Positions 39,457 to 52,089 of a stretch of DNA of 64,000 bases are shown here, one piece after another. A program made the position numbers and the translations under genes. Numbering within the stretch: the stretch's first letter is position 1; every line of letters begins with the position of its first letter. Below the pieces are notes generated by a model, which was given only the letters and a program-made list of their open reading frames with translations, made no database searches and was not told the origin of the DNA. This DNA comes from Felis catus (lineage: Eukaryota): positions 165,604,001-165,668,000 of the forward strand of contig NC_058368.1 in the NCBI RefSeq assembly GCF_018350175.1. Reading direction: 5' to 3'.

Positions 39457-41504
39457 AAAGAAGGGAGAAGAATGGATGTGCACAGTGAGGACTTCCATAA
39501 GATGTAAAATATAAGAATGTACTGAATAGAATGCAATAACTGAACTGGAAAAAAAAACACTAGAAGGGTTCAAAAGCAGATTCAATAAAGTAGAAAAAAA
39601 GGATCAGTCAGCTGAAAGACAAGACAATAGAATTCATCCAATCAGGACAGTAAAAAAGAAAAAAATAATAAAGATAGCTTAAGGGGCTTTTAGGACATCA
39701 AACAGACTAACATTCACATTATAGGCCTCCCAGAAGAAGACAGAGAGAAAGGGACATAAATCTTATTTGAAGAAATAATGGCTGAAGACTTCCATAACTT
39801 GGGGAAGGAAACAGATATCTAGATCCATAAGTTAAATAAAGTTCAAAGGAAGAGGAGTCCAAAGGGACGGACATCATCAAGACACATTATTATTAAAATG
39901 TTAATAGTTAAAGACAAGAAGAAAAATTAAAAGCAGCACAATAAAAACCAACTTGTTATGTAAAGTTTGTCAGCACAAATTTTGTAGCCTAGAGGGAGTG
40001 GCACAGTATAGGCAGGGCTGAAAGAAAAAAATTTCCAACCATGAATCTCTTAGCATTCTCTTACCTGGCACTCTTAGCATTCAGGATAGAAGGAGATGTA
40101 GAGAATTCTCTAGATAAACAAATTCTAAAGGAGTTTATCACTGCTAAAGAAACTGCCCTTAGAAGAAATACTAAAGGGACTTCTTTAAGCTGGAATGAAA
40201 GGGTGCTAATTAGTAACAAGAACATGTATAAAAGCATAAATCTCACGAGAAAAGCAAATATATAGTAAAGGTAGCGGATTTATTACTTATACAGCTGGTA
40301 TCAACTTAAAATTGACTGTTGTAAGTTGTTATACGTGAGCCTCATGGTAACCACAAAGCAAAACCTATAGTAAATATACAAAAGATAAAAATAAAGGAAT
40401 ATAAACTTAACACTAAAGGAAGTCATCAAACCACCAAGGACAAGAATAAGAGAAGAAGAAAGGAACATAGATGAATTACAAAAACGGCTAGCAAACATTT
40501 AGCAAAATGGCAATAAGCACATACCTATCAATAATCACTTTAAACGTATATGGGCCAAGTTCTCTGATGAAAAGACATAGAATGGTTGAATGGATAAAAA
40601 AATGAGACTTATTTATATACTGCCTTTAAAACACACTCTTTAGATGCAAGAATATACACAGGCTGAAAGGGAAGGGATAGAAAAAAAAGTTTCATACAAA
40701 CAGAAACCAAATGAAAGCTGGAGTAGCTTATACCTGTATCAGACAAAACAAGCTTTAAAAGAAAACTGCAATAAGAGACTAACAAGGGCATTATATAGTA
40801 ATAAAAGGTCAATCCAACAAGAGGACATAACATTTATATACATTTATTTACCAAATGTATAAGCACCTAAATAAATAAAACAAATATTAACAGACCTATT
40901 AAAGAAAGGGACGGCAATACAATAGTAGGGGATTATAATACCTAATCAAATCAATGGATAAGATCATCCAGACAGAAATTCAATAAGAAAACATCAGCCT
41001 TAAATTACATGTTACAACATATGGGCTTAACAAATATATATAGAATATTATTCCAAAAGCACATAATACATATTCTTCTCAAGGCTACATGAAACATGAA
41101 ACATTTCCAACATATATCAGGCCAGAAAGCAAGTTCTATAAATTTAAGAGGACTGAAATTATATCAAGCATCTTTTATAAGCACAATGAAACTAGAAATT
41201 AATTGTAAAAAGAAAACTGGATAATTAAAAAATATGTGGAAATTAAATAACATGATACTGAATAACCAATGGGTCAAAATAGAAATTAAAAGAGAAATAA
41301 AAAAATACCTTGAGACAAGCAAAACAGAAATGTAACATACCAAAATTTATGGGATACAGCAAAAGCAGTTCTAAGAGAAAAGTTTATCATCATGATAAAT
41401 GCCTATATCAAAAGAAGAGAAATCTCAAGTAAACAACCTAACATTATACCTCAAGGAACTAGAAAAAGAAGAGCAAACAAAGCCCAAAGTTAGTAAAAAT
41501 TAAA

Positions 41505-41551
41505 AATAAATAAATAAGTAAATAAATAAATAAATAAATAAATAAGTAAAT
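41505..41551. repeat. (TAAA)n microsatellite within old L1 ORF2
   Basis: Direct reading. Confidence 0.9.
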
Positions 41552-41718
41552 ATTAAAGCAGAAATAAATGAAGTAGAAATTAAAAAGACGAGAGAAAAGA
41601 CCAATAAACTAATAGCTGGTTCTTTGAAAAGACAAACAAAATGGACAAATCTTTACCTAGTTTCACCAAAATAAAGACTGTGGACAAAAAACTAAATGGA
41701 ATCACAAATGGAAGAGGA

Positions 41719-41937
41719 GTGGGGCACCAGGGGCACTTAAGTGGGGCACTTAACTTAGTTGGTTAAGCCTCCGACTTCAGCTCAGGTTATGATCTCACAG
41801 TTTGTGAGCTCAAGACCCATGTTGAGCTCTGTGCTGACAGCTCAGAGCCTGAAGCCTGCTTCGAATTCTGTGTTTCCCACTCTCTCTGCCCCTCCCCTCA
41901 CACTCTGACTCTCTCTCTCAAAAATAAATAAACAAAA
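41719..41937 (+). mobile_element. Can-SINE with stuttered head in old L1
   Basis: TSD aaatggaagagga at 41706-41718 and 41938-41950. Confidence 0.93.
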
Positions 41938-42150
41938 AAATGGAAGAGGAAATGTTACAAATGATACCACAGAAATAAAAAGGATTGTAAGATATTACTA
42001 TGAACAATTATATGCCAATAAATTAGACAACTGGAAGAAATGGATAACTTCCTAGAAATATACAATCTATCAAGACTAAATCATGATGAAATCTGAATAG
42101 ATTAATTACTATCAAGAAGATTAAATCAGTAATCAAAAATTTTCCATTCA

Positions 42151-42380
42151 GGGGCACCTAGGTGGCTCATTCCATTGAGTGACTGACTTAGGCTCGGGTC
42201 ATGATGTCACAGCTCATGAGTTTGAGCCCCGTGTTGGGCTCTGTGCTGACAGCGTGGAGCTTGGAGCCTGTTTCAGATTCTGTGCCTCCCTCTCTCTCTG
42301 CCCCTAACCCACTCACATTCTCTCTCTGTCTTTTTTTCTCTCTCTCTCTCTCTCAAAAATAAATAAAGATTAAAAAAGAT
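42151..42380 (+). mobile_element. Can-SINE in old L1
   Basis: ggggcacctaggtggctc head; flanked by ttttccat[t/c]ca. Confidence 0.93.
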
Positions 42381-43924
42381 TTTTTTCCATCCAAATAAAA
42401 GTCCAGGATCTGATGGCTTCCCTGGTGAATTCTACCAAACATTCCAAGAATTAATATCAATCATTCCAAAAAAGAGAATACAGAGAAACTCTTTCAAGCA
42501 CATTTTACAAGTCCTGCATTAGCAAACCAAATTCAACAATACTTTACAAAGATCATACACCATGATCAAGTGTATTTATTCCAGGGATGCAGCAGCTGCA
42601 AATTAATGTGACACACCACATTAACAAAATGAAGGGGAAAGATCATATGGTCATTTGAACAGATGCAGAAAAAGAATTTGAGAAAAATTCAACATCCATT
42701 TATTATCAAAACTCTCAACAAAGAAGGTGTAGTGGAAACTTAACATAACAATGGCCATATATGACAAGCCTACAGCTGTTATCACACTCAATGGTGAAAA
42801 GTGTAAAGCTTTTCCTCTAAGATCAGGAACAGGATAATAATATCCATTCTTACCACTTTTATTCAACATGGTACTGGAAGTCTAGCCAGAGAAACTAGCA
42901 AGAAAATGAATTACAAGTTGTCCAAATGGGAAGAACTAAAACTTTCCTTATTTTCAGATAATATAACATTATACAGAAACCTGTAAAGATTCCATCAAAA
43001 AACACCTCTAGCACCAACAAACAATTTCAGTAAAGTTGAAAGACACAAAATCAGTACATAAAAATCTGTTGCATTTTTACAGTAATAACAAAATATCAGA
43101 AAAATAAATTAAAGAAACAACCCCATTTATAATTGCATCTATGAAAATAAAATACCTAACAATAAATTTAACCAAGGAGATGAAAGATCTGTATATTGAA
43201 AACTAAAGAAAAAAATTAGTAAGAGACATTGAAGACAGAAATAAATAAAAATATACTCCATGCTCATGGACTGGAAAAATTAGTATGGTGAAAATGTCCA
43301 TACTATCCAAACCAATATAAAGATTCAAGGCAATCCCTATCAAAATTTCAATGATATTTTTCACAGAAATAGAACAAACAACTTTAAAATTTGTATGAAT
43401 CCACAAAATTCAAAGACTCACAATGGTCAAAGCAATCTTGAGAAAGAGCAAAACTGGAGGCATCAAAATCCCTAATTTCAAACTATATTCTAAAACTGTA
43501 GTAGTGAAAACAGTATGGTATTGGCATAAAAACAGACACATATATCAAAGGAACAGAATAGACAGTCCAGCAGTAAATCCACACATATATGATGAATTAA
43601 TTTATGACAAAGGCATGAAAAATATACAATGGGGGAAAAGACAGTGTTTTAAATAAATAGCATTGGGAAAACTGGAGTGCCACATGCAACAAACAAAAAA
43701 ACAAACAAACACTGGTCCACTATCTTACATCACAAGTAAAAATTAACTCAAATGTATTAAATATTTGAACCTAAGACCTTAGCCATAAAACATCCAGAAG
43801 AAAACACAGGTGGTAATCTCCTTGATGTTGGTCTTGGTAATGATTTTTTTAATCTGACACCAGAAGCAAAAGAAACAAAAGCAAAAATAATCACATGGTA
43901 CTACATCAATCTAAAAAGCTTCTG

Positions 43925-44146
43925 GGGGCATTTGGGTGGTTTAATTGGTTAAGCAAATGACTTTTGGTCTTAGCTCAGGTCATGATCTCACAGTTCATGG
44001 GGTCAAGCCTCACGTCGGGCTCTATGCTGATGGTGATGGCATGGAGCCTGCTTGGGATTGTCTCTCCTTCTCTATGCCCTTCCCCCCACTTGTGTGCTTT
44101 ATCTCAAAATAAATAAACATACTTAAAAAATTAAAATAAATAAAAA
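43925..44146 (+). mobile_element. Can-SINE in old L1
   Basis: TSD taaaaagcttctg at 43912-43924 and 44147-44159. Confidence 0.93.
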
Positions 44147-44325
44147 TAAAAAGCTTCTGTACAGCAAAGGAAACCATCAACAAAATGAAAAGGCAGCTTA
44201 CTGAATGGGAGAAAATAATTTCAAATCATTTATCTTGGGGGCTAATATATATCAAATATATACAAAGAACTCATACAACTCAATGGTAAACAAAACAAAC
44301 AATATGATTTTAAAAATGGGCAGAT

Positions 44326-44524
44326 GAGGGCACCTGAGTGGCTCAGTTGGTTAAGTGTCCAACTTCAGTTCAGGTCATGATCTCACAGCTCATGGGTTTG
44401 AGCCCCATGATGGGCTCTGTGCTGACAGCTCAGAGCCTGGGGCCTGCTTTGAATTCTGTGTCTCCCCCTCTCTCTGCCCCTCTCCTGCTCATGCTCTGTC
44501 TCTCTCCGTCTCTCTCAAAAATAA
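44326..44524 (+). mobile_element. Can-SINE in old L1, short tail, no TSD
   Basis: gagggcacctgagtggctcagttgg head through tctctcaaaaataa. Confidence 0.92.
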
Positions 44525-44932
44525 CTGTGTGTCTGGGAAATACAAATCAAAACCACAGTGAGGTATCACCTCACACCTATTAGAATCAAAACCAGAGTGA
44601 AGTATCACCTCACACCTATTAGAATAACTATTATCAAAAAGACAAAGACATGCTAACAAGGATGTGGAGAAAAGATAATCCTTTTACATTTTAGTGGGAG
44701 TGTAAATTAGTGCAGCCACTATGGAAAACAGTGGAATATTCTTAAAACTTTAAAAATGGAACTACCATACAATACAGCAATTCCACTACTGAGTATTTAT
44801 CAGGTGCAAACAAAAACACTAATTTGAAAAGATATGTGCACCCCATGTTAATTTCAGTATTATTTATAATAGCCAAGATATGGAAACCACATAAGTGTCT
44901 GCTGATTGGTGAATGAATAAAGGAAACGGGAG

Positions 44933-44934
<2 letters not shown>

Positions 44935-44977
<43 letters not shown>
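44935..44977. repeat. (CA)n microsatellite
   Basis: Pure run of about 21 units. Confidence 0.95.
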
Positions 44978-44979
<2 letters not shown>

Positions 44980-46984
44980 CTGGAATATTATTTGGTCATA
45001 ATAAAGCTGAAAACTTGTAATTTGTGACAATTTGGGCGGACCCTGAGTGAATTATGCTAAGAGATATAAGTCACAGAAAGACAGATATGATCTGTCTTAA
45101 ATGTGGAATCTAAAACAAAAATAAAAGCAAAAAAATCCCAGGCTCATAAACATAGAGAACAAACTGGTGGACCAGTGGTTACCAGAGGCTGGCAGTAGGG
45201 GTTAGGCAAATTGGTGGAATGTTTTTGTTTTGCTTTCTTTTGTATTAGTTTTAATAAATTGAATAAAGACAGTATGAGAATTGCAAACCAACTGATCATG
45301 CTGTTAATTTTACTTAATCAAAGTATGTATTAATAAGTTGAGATACAGCTTAAAAACAAACAAAAACACTGCTGTGGTAGAATTAAGCAAAGGTCCTTAA
45401 TGTGAACAGTCACATTCCAGTTTATAATGAGGCCCAAAAAAAAAGAGTGTAACACACTAATAAAAGCAGTTCTCAGAGCTTGCAAACATCAAGTGCAGAC
45501 AAGAAGAAAAACTGAACTGTAATATCAGGCAACATATTTAAGTGTAGTTATTGAGGTTACTGTTGAAACAGAAAGCAAAAACAATAATCAACACAAAACA
45601 GTCAGAAACCTGGTCATTTCCTTATAATTTTCATTTTTCCATACGGGAAAGAGTAGAATTAAAAAATAAAACCACAATATGTTGCAAAATTATTTAATTC
45701 ATTATTGTTACATCACATTACTAAAGAGTAAAGAGCATACTGGCATTTTAAGAAGAAACAGATGCCTAAATCTCTTGGGGAAGGACTAACCCCTGACATT
45801 ACTCATCTCTACCCTCTGCCCATTCACCCTAGGGAGTACGTGGTTAGGAAAGGGAAAGGAGTGATTAGCACTAATATTATCGGATATCAAATTAATTGAA
45901 GAAGATAAGGATATAATCCAAAATAGGGAAAATTTAGATTCCCCTTTAGAGTATAAAGACATGTAATTCAGGGCCAGATGGAGTGGTCTTGGTGTGAACC
46001 AATCTTATATACAGAACATATGGGAATCCTTGGTAATTTGGCCAGAAAGGTCTCAAACTTTCACAAGACATTGAAGAACTAAATTAGCTAAATTGGGAAA
46101 AATAAAGTCTGTTGGATGTGTGAGTGTGCGGTTTTGTGTGAGTCTGTATATAAATAGGTCAGTGTGTCTTTCTTTCAACTTTTCTTCTCCCATATGGTGT
46201 AGATAAAATTATCAAACACTTTATATAAAGAGCTGCTTTTTTAGGTTTTCATGCATGCTTCATGTGTAGGAAATGATAGTCAAGGCAGGAACCAGAAGAG
46301 GGAAAGGTAAAGCCTCTTCTGATCAAAGGCAGACATGAGTGTGGGTGGCAGGTAGCTTGTTGAGGATACAGAAATGAAGAGATATTAAGATGCACTCACT
46401 TTTTTACACCCTGACATCACCATATACCTAGAAGAGAGTTACAGCAGATATAGGAGCCAAATTGTTCAAATTACAGACACAATAGCACTATCTTTGCTAG
46501 CTACTCAAGAAACGGTATATATGTACAGGATACTTTATCTTCAGTAAATATATTAATTTTCTTAGGATTATAAAAGAAAATTAAATTTGTGTGGTTTTAA
46601 GTAATCTGAATCATCAGTAAAATGCATGTTTTTGGAAAGAGTGTAATTTAGAATATGCTGTTACCTCAACCAAACAACTTAAGGTAGTAAGCTACTAACA
46701 GACTGATGTTTTACCTGTATAGGGCAATCAATGTCAATGAAATGCAAAGACTCGCCTCTAGTGTGTTTTTATAATTTAAAGCACTCAAAATTGTTATTTA
46801 TTATTATAAATAAAAACATATTTCTAGGATAACATTAGAAGGATATTCAAATGGCTACAAGTCAAAGAGTACACAGAGATAAATTTAAGAAATTAACATA
46901 AAATCTCTCCTACTGATTCTTCTATCTACTAGAATTTAAGTACCATACGTTTTAGAAAGATTCCACATGTATCAATAATTCTTT

Positions 46985-47044
46985 TTTTATATTTATTTTT
47001 TTATTTTAGAGAGAGAGAGAGAACATGAGTGGAGAAGAGGAGCA

Positions 47045-47091
<47 letters not shown>

Positions 47092-47184
47092 AATGAGGGG
47101 CTTGATCCCATGACCCTGGAGTGATACTCTAAGCTGAATTCACGAGTCAGATGCTTACCTGAGTTAGAGCCATCCAGGCACCCC
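46985..47184 (-). mobile_element. Can-SINE with (GA)n and internal deletion
   Basis: TSD atcaata[a/g]ttcttt at 46971-46984 and 47186-47199. Confidence 0.9.
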
Positions 47185-47299
47185 AATCAATAGTTCTTTA
47201 ATCAAATTCTATTTCTATTGTGATGGCAAAGGAGCTGTAAAATAATAAAAAGAGATGCTAGATTATGGGGTATATAATATTAGGAAACAGCAAATCTTT

Positions 47300-47527
47300 T
47301 TATTTTATTGTATTTATTTTTAAATGTTTATCTTTATTTTTGAGACAGAGAGAGACAGAGCATGAGCTGGGGAGAGGCAGAGAGAGAGGGAGACACAGAA
47401 TCAGAAGCAGGCTCCAGGCTCTGGGCTGTCAGCACAGAGCCCGATGCGGGGCTCGAACTCGTCAACTACAAGATCATGACCTGAGCCGAAGTCCGACGCT
47501 CAGCCGACTGAGCCACCCAGGCGCCCC
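47300..47527 (-). mobile_element. Can-SINE (felid type, CpG-rich)
   Basis: Ends gactgagccacccaggcgcccc; TSD gaaaca[gc/aa]aaatcttt at 47284-47299 and 47529-47544. Confidence 0.95.
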
Positions 47528-50035
47528 AGAAACAAAAAATCTTTCAAAATGTGTGCAAGATCCTGCCAGTCTGACATGATTTTAAACCAGATAATCTTTG
47601 TCTACCCATTTTTTAAAACTGCACTTCGGAAAATTTCTTCAGAATTTTCAAAATATTTTGGCTTATTTTAAGTAGAGAAATCTTTTTGTTCTAGATATGA
47701 ATTATTTAAACATCTATATTTTATTTGGAACAGTATTTAGTAAATAAATATGTCAACTTAAACAATACCTATTGAGGTAAAGATAAGACCAAGTATTGAT
47801 AACAGTTTCCTCCTTGAGTCCATAAATTAGTTCTGATAACAATTTTGCAAAAATTTTTAGAAAACATTTTGAAAAATGATAACATAAATGGGCAAATAGT
47901 GTCCTACTTCTTCAAAGGAAAACACTTAGTATGTTTATTATGTTTTTATCACTCTAATGTTTCCTCTGAGACTAGGAAATGCAAGTACCCCATGAATGGG
48001 CATTCTGGACTTTTTTATTATTATCATTTTCCCTTCTCTTCCCTTTTAGTTAAAGGCTTTAAGGGTCATTAGGCCTCTAAAACAGCTGTACACTTGAAGA
48101 TAGTTCCTTTGTTTTGTTTTGTTAGCCTATATCAAAGTTTGCAGTATTCTTAATTCCTTCCCTATGTTTCCCCCATCCACTCCTGAAAGATTTATTGTAT
48201 CTTCTTTGGTGTTCTCCCTAAATTTGGTAAGTGTACCAGTTAAAGAACATCATATAGTTTTATAATGTTTTATGTATCTCTTCTTTTAATAGATGGGATT
48301 ACTCCAGGGGCATAAAAAATAACTTATTGAACTTCTCATTCCAAGATCTTACTTTATGATGGGGATATAATAGATATTCTTACTTGGCAGAGGTTGAATT
48401 TACTTAAATTATAATGAAACAGACAGAAATGAGGAGATTATAAAGCACATGGTAAAAAGAAAAGCAGAGGGGATTTTCTTCATAGAAATTTAGAGTTAAT
48501 AAGTTTGAAATAACAATGTGTTTATAAAGTTCCAAAGTAATAAAGGAGAAAGTATGAAAATCTCTGTATGAAATGATTAAAAAATATCTTCTTGATAAAT
48601 AAAGAAAACAGAAAATCAAAAGGAAAAAATGTCCTGACACCCAATGTCAGGAATTTATAAATCAATCAATCAACCAATCAGTCTTTCACGTTACTTTGAC
48701 ATTGGTAACTAGGAGCACAATAGCACAGTTGGAAATGAGAGAAGCAAATTACATAGAAATGTATACACTGCAAGGAAAGTATCAGTGAGTTGAAACTAAG
48801 AGGTTTATTTCAAAGAAGTTAGTCATGTGCAGGTATAGTTTAGAAAACAGACTCAATTGTTACCTTGCCAAATAGGCCGAGAGAACTTCTATTACTTGCA
48901 AAAATAAAAGTGTTTTTCTAAACTGGATATCAATTGTGTGCTAGACAAGCATGGATGAATGTTTGAAGTTTTTTGATTGGGGAAGGAATGAAAGAAGAGA
49001 TGGAAAGTAGCATGTGTTTCGTTATTGTGATTTGTAGGTGGTAAAGACACATAGAAGTGTGAAGTATCATTTTAAAAGATTTATTCTAAAGGATTTTTAA
49101 ATTTGTGTTGTCAAGAGCATAGACAACAATCAAAATGGTGGAGTTTGGGTGAGTTCCACTCAGAGTTCTGCTCGCTCTCTTCAGTAAAATGATGGGTTCA
49201 TCAAAATCAGGATACAAAGTAGCTCACTGATGACAGTAAATGTCAGTGGAATCTCTATAGTATTTATAAGGCATACTGAAGTTGAATAAATGAAAAGGAT
49301 TTTATTATGATCTATTATATTTCATAAAAATATGAAAATAATCTTGCTTACGAGAAGAATAAAAGCTAGAGAAGGAAATAATGAATTAAAACCAACAAAA
49401 AGAAGGTATATAAGTAAACTAAAAATGTATAAACTGAATAAAATATAAAATATAAATATGTAAATATACCAAAAAAAAAAAAAAAGATTCCAGGAGGATG
49501 ACAACTTTATTACATTTGGTTCATTTTCACTTCCAAAGTCTGAGTTACCTTTTCAGAGCCAATCAGCTTCTGGGTGTAACACATAAGTGAAAACTCAGAC
49601 TCTACTGGAAACCTGAAGAAGAAAGCTGATGCAGTATTCTTTTCTTCCATTACATGAGAGTCTGTGATCCCATGTCTGGCAATTCTGTGTTTAGAATCAG
49701 AACAAGGTGGACCCTGGGTCATATCTGGCCCAATGAGATTCATGGACTCTCTGGGAAAAGGGTGCAATAACAATGCATGAAGGCTCCTGAACACCCTCAG
49801 CTGAAGTACAATCAGAGAGATTGACTGAATCCTTTCCAAATTTCCAACTAGAAAAATATGAAGGGGCTGAAGCGAAACAGACTTTTGCTCTGACAGTCAA
49901 GTGCCATTAAACAAAGTACAATGGGCCTCTCTCTGAGATATCTGCATCAATAGAACTCTTAGTTCCACATGGGATGACGACAGTGTGTAGAAAACTTAAA
50001 CAGTACATGACTCTGTGGTAAAAGTATTCACAGCA

Positions 50036-50243
50036 GGGGTGGCTAGGTGGCTCAGTCAGTTGAGTATTCGACTCCAGCTCAGGTCATGATGTCACGGTTT
50101 GTGAGTTTGAGCCCCACCTCACCTTGGATTTGTTGCTGTCAACACAGAGCCTGCTTCAGATCCTTTGTCCCCCTCTCTCTCTGCTGCCCCTCCCCACTCA
50201 TTTGCTCTCCTTCTCTCTCAAAAACAAATAAATACACATTTAA
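50036..50243 (+). mobile_element. Can-SINE
   Basis: Perfect 16 bp TSD aaaagtattcacagca at 50020-50035 and 50244-50259. Confidence 0.95.
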
Positions 50244-50319
50244 AAAAGTATTCACAGCAATTGACTTAGAAAATGAAGAATTTATAGTTATACCTTAAAC
50301 TACACTTACAAAAACTGAC

Positions 50320-50344
50320 ATATATATATATATATATATATATG
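50320..50344. repeat. (TA)n microsatellite
   Basis: Direct reading. Confidence 0.9.
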
Positions 50345-51417
50345 TGATAGATGATAAATATCTTTATATAAATAGTTATAAAATGTTTTATCAGTGTTTA
50401 CAAAATTAAAACAAACCTAGTGAATGGGAGTATTTTGTTGTAATTTTATGATGAGTACTTAAAGTAATGGTGGGTCTTACAATTGATAATACAATAAAAT
50501 GTTATATGCTGTTAAATAATGAGATAGTATGGGGATGTATAATATTAAGTAGTTCATAAAGATTTTTGAAATAGGAAAGTAATAATGTAAGGAAAATTCT
50601 AATAATGTGTTGGAAGCAAAGTACTTATTTATATTAGAAAACATAAGAAAATGTATATATGAAGGAAAAGCAAAAGAAAAGAGTTCCAAACATTTCATTT
50701 GCTAGTAGTGGAAGAGAAAATTGTCCAGGATTTTAAGTACCCAAATGTCTCATATTTAAGAGACATAAAAGAGGTAGACCAGAGCAACTTAGTTGAGATA
50801 AAATATTTCTCATTTTTATACATTTTTTTCTCATGAGTCCTGAAGAAAGGAAGACAAATCATTAGCTAAATGCATAAATAAAATAAGTGACCCTAGGAAA
50901 GTTTAGGATTAAGGTCCTAAAATGACATTTGTTCACACTAACAAAAGAAAGCAACAAGAAATGATGATATAGCATTATATAAGTAATAAATCTAAGAAAC
51001 ATCACAAGATTAAAGTCAATTATATTTAGTTGTTGTAAATCCTAAGAGCAGTATGCCTTCTTTAAATACAGCAAGAAGCCAGATTAGACTAAAAACATGC
51101 ATTCTCACAAGTATGTAAATGTCCCAATTCTCACCCCCATTCTCCTAGAAATACTAATGTACTTGACTTTATATTTGTTCCTGCAGATACCATTCATGTA
51201 TATACAAGTGTAAGCACAGATATTTTTGAGGGAGTGTTCCTTTTATTCAAAGGAAGTAACATTCCAAACTTGTTCTCAAATCTGTTCCTCTCACCAATAA
51301 AAACATTGTTTGTTTGTTTTTTATCCATAATACATGTCGACTCACCCAGTTTTTATATTGCTAATTGGTCTATCATATGGATATTGATCATATATAATCA
51401 ATACCCTATTTTTAAAT

Positions 51418-51625
51418 TTAAAAAAATTTTTAATTTAATTTTATTTTAGAAAGAGAGGGAGTATATGCAAGTGGTGGAGAGGCTCAGAGGGAGAGAGAGA
51501 CAAAATCCTAAGCAGACTCCATGCTCAATGTGAAGCTCAATGAGGGGCTCAATCCCATGACCCTAGGGTCATGACCTGAGCCAAAATCAGGATGCTTAAC
51601 CAACTGAGCCACCCACAGGAGGCCC
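51418..51625 (-). mobile_element. Can-SINE (older type)
   Basis: TSD tcaataccc[t/c]atttttaaat at 51398-51417 and 51626-51645. Confidence 0.9.
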
Positions 51626-51644
51626 TCAATACCCCATTTTTAAA

Positions 51645-52089
51645 TGTTTACTATGAAGATGCCTCTCAGATCTCCTGCTGCAGGAAACATAATTAACTCA
51701 AGGACCCAGCTGCTGCACTCAGAAATCCATTGCTTTATTTCTATCAAGATTATGCTTCCTGTGGACTGCTCCAAAACAGTGACTGAGGGTGGCAAGAATA
51801 CTAATTCAGGCCCATTTCTGAAGGACATAGGAATCCTCTGATGTGCAGTTTTGGCTTGAGTTCTCTTTGACAGTCTTGCTGAGTATTTCTCAGCTTTGCA
51901 CTAGGGTCTCCAATGGTTCCACATAATCTTCCTATCCTTCTCTTCCTTCCACCTTAGGTCATACTTGGCATCTGACAACTCTCTCAGCCTCAGCTGGCTT
52001 CTTCCATTTTCTCTCAGAAGAATTTTTCCTAATTAATTTCTTGAACATTAATTCTCATCTTAGGGCCTCAGAGGGCCCAGACCAACACA
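51645..52089 (+). mobile_element. ERVL solo LTR (LTR16-like)
   Basis: TG...CA ends; gatgcctctcagatctcc start and ttcttgaacattaattctcatcttagggcctcagagggcccagaccaacaca end match recalled LTR16 layout. Confidence 0.65.

Larger units (their letters stand above)
38100..45268 (+). mobile_element. Old near-full-length carnivore L1 (L1_Carn/L1MA-like), heavily degraded
   Basis: ORF1 relic from ~39095 (gagataagtaacttacctgataaagagttc), ORF2 relic from ~40507 with aaaagtccaggatctgatggcttccctggtgaattctacc, [12 protein letters not shown] and a 3'UTR; 5' boundary approximate. Confidence 0.88.

Noticed and set aside
49490..49990. GC-richer unique stretch with 109 aa and 67 aa ORFs
   Set aside because: No recognisable domain, non-ATG starts and no convincing splice sites; may be an ancient repeat or non-coding element that I cannot identify.
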